From assembly GCA_053919585.1 (NCBI GenBank), contig CM132808.1: a stretch of DNA of 64,000 nucleotides; one strand, written 5' to 3'. The notes under the pieces are model-generated. The model saw only the letters and a program-made list of their open reading frames with translations, made no database searches and was not told the origin of the DNA. The number at the start of each line of letters is the position of its first letter. Position 1 is the stretch's first letter. Of this stretch, positions 63,531 through 64,000 are shown piece after piece. The stretch comes from Euprymna scolopes. Its lineage: Eukaryota. The position numbers were made by a program, and so were the translations under genes.

Positions 63531-64000
63531 CGGGTATTGCAATAGAAAAAAAAAAGCAGAATTCGGTCACACGGAACCAAGGAAACTAAAACCACGTACA
63601 TTTGAACATCAAGAATTGTGATCAAAAGTTCAATCTTTCAGATCTAAGAAAACTATACAGTTAATAGTAAATTAATCCAATATAAGTATCGCAAAAAAAT
63701 ATGTTAAAATTAAAAATAAAATAAACCCTTTAAAAACATACCATTTCACAATATTTTTTCAGCAAATAGTACTCCTTTTTAATCGCACATGTCTAAATGT
63801 AAAATAATATTTTATTTTTCGGTAAAAAAAGAAAGAGTGAAATAAATGTTTCGTAAAATGTTTATGGTAATTAAAACGGAAAATTACCATATTTCATAAT
63901 AGTGATCTATTATCAAACAGTGATCGTTGTACATTATTCTGCGACGTCAGCACTCCTTCTGACTTTAATGAAATGGCCTTCTATTTACGTTGATCGTGGT

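Overview
AT-rich eukaryotic (invertebrate animal) intronic or intergenic DNA with many (TA)n/(TG)n microsatellites and short N-gaps. The repeat spectrum would fit a mollusc or cephalopod, but I cannot confirm the species. No recognisable host protein-coding gene is present; two candidate minus-strand exons are flagged. The window is a mosaic of mobile elements: (1) one full-length, ORF1-less CR1-clade (Zenon-like) LINE at 53217-56774, intact except for a 1-nt homopolymer frameshift, with a strongly base-paired ~530-nt 5' leader, plus several decayed relatives; (2) many Penelope-like element (PLE) remnants with inverted pseudo-LTRs; (3) non-autonomous Helitrons, including head-to-tail tandems; (4) Tc1/mariner, hAT and R4/Dong remnants; and (5) two minisatellites. 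The main signal invisible to the ORF track is an RNA layer: more than a dozen type I hammerhead ribozyme (HHR) motifs. They occur in PLE pseudo-LTRs and, most interestingly, in at least two families of ~140-nt tRNA-headed SINEs ending in an HHR (Sm-alpha/retrozyme-like). This suggests a Pol III-driven, self-cleaving RNA parasite of PLEs. All alignments and folds were done by eye, so boundaries are approximate unless exact motifs are quoted.
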